From the NCBI RefSeq assembly GCF_902713615.1, contig NC_052167.1, forward strand, positions 2,790,001-2,854,000: DNA of 64,000 bases. Reading direction: 5' to 3'. Made by a program: the position numbers and the translations under genes. This DNA comes from Scyliorhinus canicula (lineage: Eukaryota). Shown here one piece after another: positions 63,779 to 64,000 of the stretch. The notes beneath the pieces are model-generated. The model did not search any database. It was given only the letters and a program-made list of their open reading frames with translations, and was not told the DNA's origin. Positions within the stretch are counted from its first letter, which is position 1. Every line of letters begins with the position of its first letter.

Positions 63779-64000
63779 CCCTGTGCTAAACAGCCCCTGG
63801 TGAGAAAGGCAAAATTGCTAATAAAGGTTATATATTCAAAACTGTAGCACAGTATTAATAGTGCAGTGCTATAGGGGTGCCACCTTCCTTCTGAATTTTA
63901 AAAGATGTCTTGCTATTTTACAGTGCTTTTAATGACCTCCGGACATCCCAAAGTACTTTCCAAGCACTGTTGTAATTTAGGAAGCACAGCAGCTAATTTT

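Overview
This is eukaryotic, intron-rich, repeat-dense vertebrate DNA. The abundant HE1/V-SINE-type, DeuSINE-type and LF-SINE-type elements point to a cartilaginous fish, probably a shark (inference). The minus strand carries a complete 8-coding-exon NUDT13 gene (CDS 36348->19491, 1023 nt, 340 aa, all GT-AG introns with consistent phases). Its probable CpG-island promoter near 39.5-39.7 kb is flanked by a G-rich ~20-bp minisatellite and a CpG-rich ~70-bp tandem array of CTCF-like motifs. Downstream on the same strand are the first two coding exons of a divergent SLC35D-type nucleotide-sugar transporter (6033->3430), which continues out of the window. A probable non-coding first exon of a divergent gene (P4HA1 by synteny inference) lies near 56.4-56.6 kb. 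The rest is mobile DNA: a decayed full-length Gypsy element with a tRNA-Leu(UAA) primer site, solo LTRs, CR1, L1/Tx1, RTE, Rex1 and Penelope fragments, hAT and GC-rich MITEs, satellites and more than 20 SINEs. The most notable observations are hammerhead-ribozyme cores in a Penelope end and in short palindromic elements, one SINE head carrying three different LINE-type tails, the divergent SLC35D-like gene with a possible read-through link to NUDT13, and the motif-amplifying arrays around the NUDT13 promoter. All calls were made by eye with no searches run, and repeat boundaries are approximate unless a target-site duplication (TSD) is quoted.
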